Source: Patescibacteria group bacterium (GTDB lineage Bacteria > Patescibacteriota > Doudnabacteria > UBA920). From it: DNA of 64,000 nucleotides. The notes beneath the pieces were generated by a model. It saw only the letters and a list, made by a program, of their open reading frames with translations. It was not told the DNA's origin and ran no database searches. This document shows, piece after piece, positions 46,089 through 55,085 of the stretch. The position numbers and the translations under genes were made by a program. The stretch spans positions 3,642-67,641 of the forward strand of contig WARV01000019.1 in assembly GCA_013387205.1 (NCBI GenBank). The letters run 5' to 3'. Each line of letters begins with the position of its first letter. Position 1 is the stretch's first letter.

Positions 46089-46150
46089 AAATTCAGATTA
46101 CTTAATTAAGGTTTTTTTGTCAATAAGCGCGAGAATTGGTAAAATATAAA

Positions 46151-46245
46151 TGCCGCGGAACAGACGCGGATAGCAACGCGGATTCCTCGCTGACAACCGC
46201 TTTCTGCGTGTTATCTGCGTAGTTATCCGCGAATAATCAGCGGTA
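46151..46245 (+). repeat. Tandem-inverted element with ACGCGGA/TCYGCG units before ruvA
   Basis: ccgcggaacagacgcggatagcaacgcggat...tctgcgtgttatctgcgtagttatccgcg. Confidence 0.8.
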
Positions 46246-46248
46246 TAT

Positions 46249-46809
46249 ATGATTGCATTTTTAAAAGGCACAATTTTAGAGAAGGGGCTGACTTATATCA
46301 TCCTGGAAAACAACGGGATTGGGTATAAGGTTTTTGTCACGCCGGAAACTTTGGAATTAAAACAGGGAGACGAGGCAGCGCTTTACACGTACTTAAAGGT
46401 TTCCGACGACGGGCAATCTTTGTTCGGGCTTTCCGATTTTGCCACGCTGCAGTTTTTTGAAATGCTGATAACGGTTTCCGGAGTCGGGCCCAAAGTGGCT
46501 TTGGCAATTTTGTCCGCAGCTAAAGTTGATACAATCAAACAGGCCATAGCCAACCAGGACGCGGGCGTGTTCACGCGCATTTCCGGCGTGGGCAATAAAA
46601 CAGCGGAAAGGATAATATTGGAGCTCAAAAACAAAGTGGGAACCATTGAAGTTTCCGCAGGTGTGGCTGGCAGCAGCGAAGTGTTTGAAGCTTTGGTATC
46701 TTTGGGTTATAACCAAAAAGAAGTCAGGGAAGCGCTAAAGCGGGTGAATACCACTTTGCCGGTGCAGGAACAATTGAAGCAGGCATTGCAAGTTTTAGGC
46801 AAGGCTTAA
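46249..46809 (+). CDS. ruvA: Holliday junction branch migration protein RuvA
   Basis: GIGY, VSGVGPK, GVGNKTAERIILELK, ALVSLGY. Confidence 0.97.
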   Translation: MIAFLKGTILEKGLTYIILENNGIGYKVFVTPETLELKQGDEAALYTYLKVSDDGQSLFGLSDFATLQFFEMLITVSGVGPKVALAILSAAKVDTIKQAIANQDAGVFTRISGVGNKTAERIILELKNKVGTIEVSAGVAGSSEVFEALVSLGYNQKEVREALKRVNTTLPVQEQLKQALQVLGKA

Positions 46810-46936
46810 AATTAAATTGATCTAATTATTTTAATTTCTAATTGACCTAAATAAACCCCAATCCCTAAATCCCAATTAGACATTAGATATTATTTAAAAT
46901 AATTAGATCAATTAGGTTAATTAGGAATTTGCAAAC

Positions 46937-47974
46937 GTGAAATTAATTGAGATTAAAGACAATCAGAAAAGTGATTACAACCGTTTCGTAATGAATTGTG
47001 AAACGGGTTCTTTTTTGCAGTCCTGGGAATGGGGGAAGTGGCAGGAGAAAATAGGCCGGGAGGTTTACAGGTTTTTTTGCGAAGATGGCGATAAGGTTGT
47101 CGCATCGCTGCAACTAGAACAAAGGCCTCTGCCAATGGGGCAGTATTATTTGTATTGTCCGTATGGACCAGTGGTAGATTTAGGATTTAAGATCGAAGAT
47201 TTAAGAATTATCTTAGAACAATTAAGGCAAAAATTTCCTAAAGCAATATTTATCCGCATTGAGCCAAAAAATCTTAGCAACTTACAACTTACAACTCACA
47301 ACTCGCCTATAATTAAATCGGCAAATATACAACCGGCAAAGACGCTTATTGTCGATTTAACCAGACCTGAAGAACAGGTGCTTTCCGAAATGCACCATAA
47401 GACGCGTTACAACATCAGGCTTGCCCAAAAACACGGAGTAAAAATCCAGGACGAATTCTGTATTAGCATTGGCAACGGCTTGTTTTTTAAGGAAGCGGTT
47501 GATTTAATTTTGCAAACTGCGCAAAGGCAAAGCTTTAATACTTATCCGGCAAAATATTACGACGGCTTGATTAATGCCTTGGCTTTGAATAATCGCAACG
47601 GCGATTTAAGGCTTCATGTTTATAAGGCAGTTTACAAAAACCAGCTTTTGTCCGCAGCGATAATGCTGGATTTTGGCAAAACCAGGACATTTTTGTTTGG
47701 CGGTTCGTCGATGGAGCACAAAAATGTCATGGCTCCGTACTTACTCCACTTCCAAGCCATGGCTGACGCAAAAAAGCAGGGGATGGAGCAGTATGATTTT
47801 TGGGGGATTGAGACATCCAGCGGCGAGACTCCGGGTTTTGTCAGGTTCAAGCTTGGTTTTGGCGGAAAAGCCGTAGAATATCCTGGAGCTTATGATATTG
47901 TACAAAATAAATTTGTATACGAATTGTATAAAGTTTTCAGAAAAATCCATCGGCTGGCAAATCGAGCTAAATAA
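46937..47974 (+). CDS. FemABX family peptidoglycan peptidyltransferase
   Basis: FLQSWEWG, PYGPV, KTRYNIR, YDFWG, FKLGFGG. Confidence 0.92.
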   Translation: MKLIEIKDNQKSDYNRFVMNCETGSFLQSWEWGKWQEKIGREVYRFFCEDGDKVVASLQLEQRPLPMGQYYLYCPYGPVVDLGFKIEDLRIILEQLRQKFPKAIFIRIEPKNLSNLQLTTHNSPIIKSANIQPAKTLIVDLTRPEEQVLSEMHHKTRYNIRLAQKHGVKIQDEFCISIGNGLFFKEAVDLILQTAQRQSFNTYPAKYYDGLINALALNNRNGDLRLHVYKAVYKNQLLSAAIMLDFGKTRTFLFGGSSMEHKNVMAPYLLHFQAMADAKKQGMEQYDFWGIETSSGETPGFVRFKLGFGGKAVEYPGAYDIVQNKFVYELYKVFRKIHRLANRAK

Positions 47975-48079
47975 TAAAGAGACCCTTTGCTTAGAGCAAA
48001 GGGTCTCTTTGGTTATAATGGAGATTTTAACGGCTAAATCCTAGATATTTTAGGATTTAGCCGTTTAATTTATAGTTTA

Positions 48080-50740
48080 TTACTTAACCACTAATTCACC
48101 GTCAACTAAATCTATTGTGACATTGGAACCCCTTGGAAGTTTTTGGCCGAGCAGGAGCTTGGAGATGAATCCTTCCACATGGTCTTGGATATAGCGGCGG
48201 ATGGGGCGGGCGCCGAGCAGGGGATCGTAAGCATTTTTTGAAATATCATCAATGATATTTTGGGAGAATTCCAGTTTGATTCCTTTTTCTTTAAGTTTTT
48301 CCCGCAAATATTCCAGTTGCAGGAAAGAGATGCGTTGGACTTCTTCCCTGCTTAACGGATTGAACAGGATTATGCTGTCAAAACGATTTAATAGTTCTGG
48401 CGGGAAAATTGACGTTAGGGTCTGGTTAAAAAGCCGGGTCTTTATCTGGTCTAAGGTCAGTCCCGTTCTTATCCCTTCCTGGATTTCCTTGGTGCCGGCG
48501 TTGGACGTGGCGATAATTAGCGCGTGGGTGACGTCCAGCGTTTCACCCTTTCCCGTCGTCAACCTGCCGTCTTCCAAAACCTCCAAAAAGATATTTAAAA
48601 TTTCCGGGCTGGCTTTTTCGAATTCATCCAGCAAAAGCAGGCAGAACGGGTAATTTTTTAAGTGTTTTACTAAAGCCGTATCAACACTGCTTCCGGCGTT
48701 TCCTAAAAGCTTGCCTAAGCCTTCCTGGCCGCGATATTCAGACATATCCAAACGCAGCAGGTATTGTTCGCCTTTGGCGCTGTCTTGTCCAAAGTAAACC
48801 CTGGCTAAAGTTTTGGCAATTTCGGTCTTGCCAACGCCGGTTGGGCCCAAAAACAGAAACGATGCCAGCGGCCTGGTGGACGCGGTAAGCCCGCTGCGCG
48901 AGCGCCTTAAGCCTTCTGCTATGGCTTTGACCGCCTGGCTTTGGCCGACAATGTATTTGGCCATGGTCTGTTCAAGATTTAGCAGTTTCTCCGCTTCGGT
49001 TTTATTGAAAGCCTGGGAAGGGATATGCGTCCTTTCGCTGACTATTTTTTGGATTAATTCTTCGCCGATAATTTTTATTTTGAAATTTTTTGCCCGTGTC
49101 GCGGCTTCCACCAAAACGCTTATGGCCTTTTGCGGCTGGTCAGCGCCTTTTACGTACAAGTCCGTAGTTTCGACCGCTTGTTTAATGGCCTGGTATTTAT
49201 AGAAGCACTGGCTTTTTCCTTCCAGCAAGGTGGCTTTAACGCAGCAAGCCAGCATAATCCCTTCGTGGCTCAAGTGGCTTAATTCGTAAGATACGAAAGT
49301 GCTGTCAAAATTGGCGGTGTCGCGCAAGTATTCGGTATAATCTTCCAGAGTCGTGGTGCCAATGGCCAGTAGGTGGCTGTTTTCCAAAAAATTAACCAGC
49401 AGTTCCAGAAGGCTTAATCCCGAAGATGAAGAGGTGCGGGCTAAGTCGTGCATATCTTCAATCACCAAAATAATGTTCCCGGAATTCTCCGCTTCCTTGA
49501 GCGCCTGTACTAGCACGTTTTCCGCTTTTCCGCTGTTGCCTAAAATGGCCGAAGTTTCCAGCTTGACCAAACGCTTGTCCTGCAAAACTTCGGGAACCTG
49601 TTCCGTAGCCATTTTGTAAGCCAGTTCGTTTACGACAGTGGTGCGTCCGGATCCCTTTGGCCCTTTAATGATGATATTTTTTCCGCCGTCGCTTACTAGC
49701 GAAAAAATTTCGTGCAAATCCAAACCCCTGCCCAAAGCCAGAGGCAACGCGCCGTTCTTGGCCAAAAATGTCAGGTCCTGGCTGAAGTGGTCAAGATAGG
49801 GAGAAGGCAGGGAGGTTAGCCCTTTGTTTATTTCGTTGTCCGGTTTGAGTTTGGAAAGCTTTTTAAAAACCCGCAAGTCTTCCCGCAGCAAACGGATGTT
49901 AAACACCCAAGCGGCAATTATTTCCAAATCTTCCAAAGACAAATTGATGTTAAAGAAAATTGCCTGGATAAAATGATCCTGGGGCAACGCAATTGCCAGC
50001 GCGCACAGCAGCATTAGCGGGTCAAGCTGCCGGTTGTGGAGCTTGACGCTTTCCGAAAACGCCACAAAAGGGATTTGCAGGAGTTCGCCTTTTAAAGCTA
50101 TTGTGTTGACTATGGCATATTCTGACAAAAGCGTTTTAATATCCTCGATATTTATACCAAGCCGCATGAATACCAAAATCACTTCCTTGTCTTCAAGCAA
50201 AGCCGAGAGTAAATCTAAGGCCGTAACAGAGCCGTTACTTTTCCCGTCCAAATTTAATTTTTCCCGCTGCCTGCTTCTTTGTTTGGCCAGTTCAAAAGAT
50301 TTGTTCCAGCATCTTTTGGCTTCGGGGCTGAAAAATTCGTAAATGTCCAGGCTGGCCTTTTTTCCTTCGGCTGCCTGCTGCTGGCTCCAGTTGAGCAGGT
50401 TTATCTTGTCGCGGTCCAATTCCTGCTGTTTGCGTTTGGCCCATAAATAGCAGCAGCTGAATGCGGCTACCCAGACAGAAAGGGACAAGTATGACCTGTC
50501 GAAAATATCAGGAAGCGTGCCGGTATTTAAAGACATCCAGACCACAAAAGCCAAAGAAAAAAAACCCAGCGCCACGAAGACCCATAGCGCTAAATTGACA
50601 GCCTTATCGGCAAATAATTCTATGTTTTCATTGCTTATCCTGTCCTCGGAAAAGCTGCCGGAGAAGGTTAGTTCCACTCCGTCTGCTTGCGATTTTACCG
50701 GCCATTCGTTTTTTGTTTTTTTGTATTCGTGGTTGATCAT
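48080..50740 (-). CDS. Membrane-anchored Clp/Hsp100-like double AAA+ ATPase
   Basis: Two N-terminal TM helices, Clp-N-like segment, degenerate NBD1 (GPKGSGRT), intact NBD2 (GPTGVGKT, LLDEFEK, GARP). Confidence 0.9.
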   Translation of the reverse strand: MINHEYKKTKNEWPVKSQADGVELTFSGSFSEDRISNENIELFADKAVNLALWVFVALGFFSLAFVVWMSLNTGTLPDIFDRSYLSLSVWVAAFSCCYLWAKRKQQELDRDKINLLNWSQQQAAEGKKASLDIYEFFSPEAKRCWNKSFELAKQRSRQREKLNLDGKSNGSVTALDLLSALLEDKEVILVFMRLGINIEDIKTLLSEYAIVNTIALKGELLQIPFVAFSESVKLHNRQLDPLMLLCALAIALPQDHFIQAIFFNINLSLEDLEIIAAWVFNIRLLREDLRVFKKLSKLKPDNEINKGLTSLPSPYLDHFSQDLTFLAKNGALPLALGRGLDLHEIFSLVSDGGKNIIIKGPKGSGRTTVVNELAYKMATEQVPEVLQDKRLVKLETSAILGNSGKAENVLVQALKEAENSGNIILVIEDMHDLARTSSSSGLSLLELLVNFLENSHLLAIGTTTLEDYTEYLRDTANFDSTFVSYELSHLSHEGIMLACCVKATLLEGKSQCFYKYQAIKQAVETTDLYVKGADQPQKAISVLVEAATRAKNFKIKIIGEELIQKIVSERTHIPSQAFNKTEAEKLLNLEQTMAKYIVGQSQAVKAIAEGLRRSRSGLTASTRPLASFLFLGPTGVGKTEIAKTLARVYFGQDSAKGEQYLLRLDMSEYRGQEGLGKLLGNAGSSVDTALVKHLKNYPFCLLLLDEFEKASPEILNIFLEVLEDGRLTTGKGETLDVTHALIIATSNAGTKEIQEGIRTGLTLDQIKTRLFNQTLTSIFPPELLNRFDSIILFNPLSREEVQRISFLQLEYLREKLKEKGIKLEFSQNIIDDISKNAYDPLLGARPIRRYIQDHVEGFISKLLLGQKLPRGSNVTIDLVDGELVVK

Positions 50741-50753
50741 TTTAAAAATAAAG

Positions 50754-51083
50754 TTACGGCAGCAGCTGGAAAATTATCATGGCGACAATAAAAGGGAGGA
50801 TAAAAAAGTAAAACAAATCAAATATTGCCAAAAATAAAAGTTTTACGGCAAAGATTACGGACTTCGCTGCCAGCAGAAATATCCTAATGAAAAAACTGAT
50901 AACCATTCCCGAGCGGGTGTAATCTTTGTATAATGGTTCGCCGAAGTGGCGGGCCAAAGCGACCAGGCCGGTTTTTTGCAGGTAGTAATGGTATTTTCTT
51001 TTGTTCCAGGAAAACAAGATGGCCGCACCCGTGGTGTACCACCAGTAAGGCAGGGTTAAAAGGTTTAGGGGAAAGTTTTGCAT
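50754..51083 (-). CDS. Small membrane protein in operon with the Clp-like ATPase
   Basis: YWWYT, PLYKDY..G..ISFFIR, hydrophobic C-terminus; 13-nt gap to the ATPase. Confidence 0.8.
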   Translation of the reverse strand: MQNFPLNLLTLPYWWYTTGAAILFSWNKRKYHYYLQKTGLVALARHFGEPLYKDYTRSGMVISFFIRIFLLAAKSVIFAVKLLFLAIFDLFYFFILPFIVAMIIFQLLP

Positions 51084-51179
51084 TGTCTAGATGTTTTTGT
51101 TTCTTGTAGTGCTTTGATAATTTTATTATACAATATTTTTCTAAGATTTGCTATTTTTGTAGAATGGTCAATGTACAAT

Positions 51180-51385
51180 GTCATTGCGAACGAGTGCCTC
51201 AAAGAGGCCTCTTTGGGGCATCCGAGCGCGGCAATCTTAACGCCTTTAGGCGTCATCCTGAACCCGAATGCATCTGAGGGTGAAGGATCTTTAAATAGAT
51301 TGCTTCCCCCTTCGCCAAGGCTTCCGAACTTCGCTAAAGCTACGTCGGACAAGTCGGAGGACAGGTCGGATGCACTCGCAATGAC
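51180..51385. repeat. Multiply nested GTCATTGCG..CGCAATGAC element
   Basis: Right half nearly identical to 55718-55777 but with an extra 31-nt insert. Confidence 0.9.
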
Positions 51386-51453
51386 GATACTTGTGGTCAA
51401 AGGCGCTCTTTAACCAGGACTGTTTTCAACAGCTTTTATCCTGTATAATAGGT

Positions 51454-52809
51454 ATGATGAATTCGATTAAAATTTTAATTAAAAAATATTTAATTCCGGA
51501 AAGCCTGCTTAAAGTACTGCGCCCCTTTTACCATGGCGCTATAGCTTTGGCCGGGCATTGGTGTTTTGGCAAACCGAGCGAAAAAATGGTCGTGATTGGC
51601 GTAACCGGCACTAACGGCAAATCAACCACGGTTAATTTGATCGCGCGGATTTTGCAGGAAGCCGGAAATAAAGTTGGCTACACTTCCACGGTTACGGTTA
51701 ATTTCGGGAGCTTGGAGAGTTTGAATAAGTTAAAAATGACCATGCCCAGTGGCTGGCTTTTGCATAAATGGATGAAGCAGATGGTAAATGCAGGGTGCAA
51801 GTATGCGGTTTTGGAAGTGTCCAGCGAAGGCTTGGCGCAGAACCGTCATTTGGGGATAAATTTTGACGTTGCGGTTTTTACCAACCTTACGCCTGAGCAT
51901 TTGGATTCGCATGGCGGGTTTGAGCCGTACAAATTGGCCAAAGCAAGGCTTTTTAAAGCAATTTCCAAGAACCAAGAAACAAGAGCCAAACAAATAATAA
52001 ATTCCAAATTACAAAAAACAATTATTGTTAATGCAGACGACAAGTCATCGGAATATTACAGAAACCTCAAGGCTGATAAATATTTTTCTTATGGCGTAAA
52101 GGATCGGTCCACGGACTTTGCCGCGAAAGATATCAAATACTCTCCAAGCGGGATAGGCTATACGCTGAACGCTTTACGCTATACGCTCAAACTCAAAGGG
52201 CAATTTGACGTTTATAATTCCTTGGCTGCAATTGCCACGGCGCAATCGCAAAACATTTCTTTGGAAGTTTGCAAAGCCGCTTTGGAAAAGGTGGAAGTGG
52301 TGCCTGGCCGCGTGGAAGTAATTAAACAAGAGCCTTTTACAGTTGTGGTAGATTACGCGTATGAGCCTGAGGAAATGAGGCAGCTTTACGAAACAATCTC
52401 CCGCTGGCCGCATAACAAGATTATCCAGGTAATGGGCGCAACCGGAGGCGGCAGGGATAAGAACAGGATTTTTACATTAGGGGAAATGGCCGGCAAATTC
52501 GCATCCGCGGTTTTTATTACCACCGATGACCCTTACGATGACGATCCGAAAATTTTAAGCCAGCCCATGGTGGAAGGCGCAGAAAAAAGCGGCAAGCAAT
52601 TGGAACAAAATTTGTTTTGCGAATACGGCCGCCGCGCTGCCATCGGCCGCGCTGTTTGCATGGCGCAAACCGGGGATTTGGTTTTAATTACCGGCAAAGG
52701 TGCGGACCAAAAAATGGCTTTGGCCAATGGGCAATATATTGATTGGGATGATAGAGTAGTAGTGAAAGAAGAATTAGCTAAGTTGCCATCCTTGATTCAT
52801 AATTCTTAA
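51454..52809 (+). CDS. murE: UDP-MurNAc-tripeptide synthetase
   Basis: GVTGTNGKST, LEVSS, FTNLTPEHLD, DYAY, GGGRD, TGKG. Confidence 0.92.
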   Translation: MMNSIKILIKKYLIPESLLKVLRPFYHGAIALAGHWCFGKPSEKMVVIGVTGTNGKSTTVNLIARILQEAGNKVGYTSTVTVNFGSLESLNKLKMTMPSGWLLHKWMKQMVNAGCKYAVLEVSSEGLAQNRHLGINFDVAVFTNLTPEHLDSHGGFEPYKLAKARLFKAISKNQETRAKQIINSKLQKTIIVNADDKSSEYYRNLKADKYFSYGVKDRSTDFAAKDIKYSPSGIGYTLNALRYTLKLKGQFDVYNSLAAIATAQSQNISLEVCKAALEKVEVVPGRVEVIKQEPFTVVVDYAYEPEEMRQLYETISRWPHNKIIQVMGATGGGRDKNRIFTLGEMAGKFASAVFITTDDPYDDDPKILSQPMVEGAEKSGKQLEQNLFCEYGRRAAIGRAVCMAQTGDLVLITGKGADQKMALANGQYIDWDDRVVVKEELAKLPSLIHNS

Positions 52810-52812
52810 TTC

Positions 52813-53157
52813 ATGATTTTATTCATCGATACATCTGATTTTAATAAAGTGACTTTTGCTCTGGTTGGCAAAAAAGTTTTAAAGAAGTCTTACCGTATCA
52901 ATCCGCGCGAGAGCCACGAGACTTTAAAAAAACTGGACGAGTTTTTAAAGTCGGTTAAATGTCAAAGGTCAGATGTCAAAGGTGTTTATGTTTGCAGCGG
53001 GCCGGGCAGTTATACGGGCGTCAGGATTGGCGTGACTGCGGCGCAGGCTTTGGGCTTTGCTTGGCAAATACCGGTTACAGCTTTGGAAAAAGAAAAAGTT
53101 CCAGTCAGCCTTTTGGATCTAGCTAAGGTTAAAGGAAAGAGGTTGTATAGGCCGTAA
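52813..53157 (+). CDS. tsaB: Short TsaB (t6A dimerization subunit)
   Basis: LFIDTS, GPGSYTGVRIG. Confidence 0.88.
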   Translation: MILFIDTSDFNKVTFALVGKKVLKKSYRINPRESHETLKKLDEFLKSVKCQRSDVKGVYVCSGPGSYTGVRIGVTAAQALGFAWQIPVTALEKEKVPVSLLDLAKVKGKRLYRP

Positions 53158-53403
53158 AAGTTAGAGTTAAGAAATAAGTCGCCTCGTCGGCGATCCGCCG
53201 CTTGTCTGCCTAGAGGTGGGGAGAGGCGGGGGTAAGATTGTAGGGGCGGCTTTGAAAGCCACCCTTTAATTATCTGATAAGGCTTATAGGTCATATGGGG
53301 TTTATTGGACTTGTAGGACGAATAACTCAACCTATGGTTGAGTTATTCAAAACTGCTTAAATAAGCGGTATTTTTTTGTCCATTTTTCACATGTTATAAT
53401 AAA

Positions 53404-53997
53404 ATGGCTATGACAAAAAACAAAAAAATATATTTCATCACATTTATTATCATATTTATAGCTGCCGCTGCCGGGTTTGGGTTGTATCTGAAAAATAATA
53501 AAAAAGTTATTCAGGATCCGGAAAGCGATATTAGCGGAATGTCCGCAAGCCCTGAACAAGCAAAAGAAAACAACAGGATAATCAACGAGCCGTTGAAGGA
53601 AGCGGAGGTTTACAGGAATCTCGATCCGCTGTTTTCTTTTTCTTATCCTAAAGGCTTGAAAGTCGGGGAATTTGAAGAAGGGGAGAGCGGCCAGACAATC
53701 TTAATCCAAAAACCGGGAACGAAAATCGGCATCCAAATTTATTACAGCCCGTTTGATGAAGATGTCACTTTAACTGCCGACCGCATCAAAAAAGATTTGC
53801 CGGATACTAAGATGGATAGTGTGGAAACCTGGAACGTGGGAGCCCTGCAGGCTGTTTCTTTTGTCAGCGAAAATTCTTCTTTCGGCAAAACCCGCGAGGT
53901 TTGGTTTGTTTACGACAAAAACCTTTATCAGATTACGACCTATTTCGAACTCAGCGATTTTTTGAAACAAATTTTGGCAACTTGGAAGTTTGATTAA
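53404..53997 (+). CDS. Membrane-anchored PsbP-like hypothetical protein
   Basis: N-terminal TM, FSFSYP, LYQIT, ILATWKF. Confidence 0.7.
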   Translation: MAMTKNKKIYFITFIIIFIAAAAGFGLYLKNNKKVIQDPESDISGMSASPEQAKENNRIINEPLKEAEVYRNLDPLFSFSYPKGLKVGEFEEGESGQTILIQKPGTKIGIQIYYSPFDEDVTLTADRIKKDLPDTKMDSVETWNVGALQAVSFVSENSSFGKTREVWFVYDKNLYQITTYFELSDFLKQILATWKFD

Positions 53998-54000
53998 AAC

Positions 54001-54088
54001 AACGGATTCACACTAATAAAGCCCCAGGCCGAAGGCCTGGGGCTTTTAAAATCCGTGTTTATCAGTTCTTAATCCGTGTCTATCCGTT
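54001..54088. repeat. ACGGAT/ATCCGT tandem-inverted element enclosing a terminator-like hairpin
   Basis: aacggattcacactaat-aaagccccaggccgaaggcctggggcttt-atccgtgtttatcagt..atccgtgtctatccgtt. Confidence 0.75.
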
Positions 54089-54093
54089 TGTTT

Positions 54094-54837
54094 TTACTCT
54101 TTTAACTTAAACACTTTAAAAGTAATTATCAGTATAGCAATGAGCCAGAGGCCTAAAAATAAAATATCAATTCCAATAGCGTGAAAATTGAACGGGAACA
54201 AATAAGCTTGGCGCAAACCGTCAGCCAAATAAGTAATTGGCAAGACTTTGGCGATTTTTTGTATTGGCTCGGGCAAAACGCTTAAAGGATAAAAAACATT
54301 GCTTAAAAAGGTTAAGGGCAAGCCGACCGCCGAAGTAATCGGCGCGGCTGCGTCGTAGCTTTTGGCATAGTTGGAAATGAGCAGGCCTATAGTCAAAAAA
54401 ATCGCTCCGCCGAGCAGTACCAGCGCAAAGGTGGAAATAATATTGCCGGAGAATTGCGCTTTAAAAACAAATATTCCAAGCAGGGTTAAAATTACGGCTT
54501 GGATGACTACAATCACCAGTCTGGCCAAAACCAAACTTGATACCAATTGCCATTGCTTAAGCGGCGTGGCCAGCATCCTTTTGGTAATGCCGCGCGCTTT
54601 TAAGTCAACCATCCAGTAGGCCAGCGAATAAATGCCGCCCTGCATAATGGTTAAGGCTATAATGCCAGGCAGGACAAAGCTGGAATAAATGGTTGTGGAA
54701 TTGGTTATTTTGCCTACCGGAATAATAGACAGGGCAATGTAAATCATGGCCGGCATCAGCACGGTCCAATAAAACCCTTCCTTTTCCCGGTAGAACATTT
54801 TAAAATTTGCGAGGAACAATTGATAGAAACTGTTCAT
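54094..54837 (-). CDS. ABC-2 type transporter permease
   Basis: Six TM helices, LPG, ATP, FLSNVFYP, LPITY. Confidence 0.9.
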   Translation of the reverse strand: MNSFYQLFLANFKMFYREKEGFYWTVLMPAMIYIALSIIPVGKITNSTTIYSSFVLPGIIALTIMQGGIYSLAYWMVDLKARGITKRMLATPLKQWQLVSSLVLARLVIVVIQAVILTLLGIFVFKAQFSGNIISTFALVLLGGAIFLTIGLLISNYAKSYDAAAPITSAVGLPLTFLSNVFYPLSVLPEPIQKIAKVLPITYLADGLRQAYLFPFNFHAIGIDILFLGLWLIAILIITFKVFKLKE

Positions 54838-55085
54838 AATTTATTTAAATATTATTTAAAAAACATGGTTGTAAATTGACCTAATTAACCTAATTAACCT
54901 AATTTCCGCCAGCTGGCGGACTAAACAAACCCCAATTCCCAATTCCTAATACTAACTCCCTCTGTCTCCCTCTTTAGAAAAGAGGGAGAACATGCTAAGA
55001 AAGGCTATAGCCTTGCTTAGCTGGTTCCTTCTCTTTTTCTAAAGAGAAGGGCAGGATGAGTTAATAATAATTAGAATAATTTTTT

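Noticed and set aside
6846-46245. Repeat elements specifically marking DNA-repair genes (ruvA, ruvB, ruvC, recF, uvrB)
   Set aside because: Different families are involved and unrelated genes have them too, so no specificity can be claimed
51065-51413. Two 111-aa ORFs on opposite strands
   Set aside because: They are translations of the nested palindromic element, with no independent coding signal
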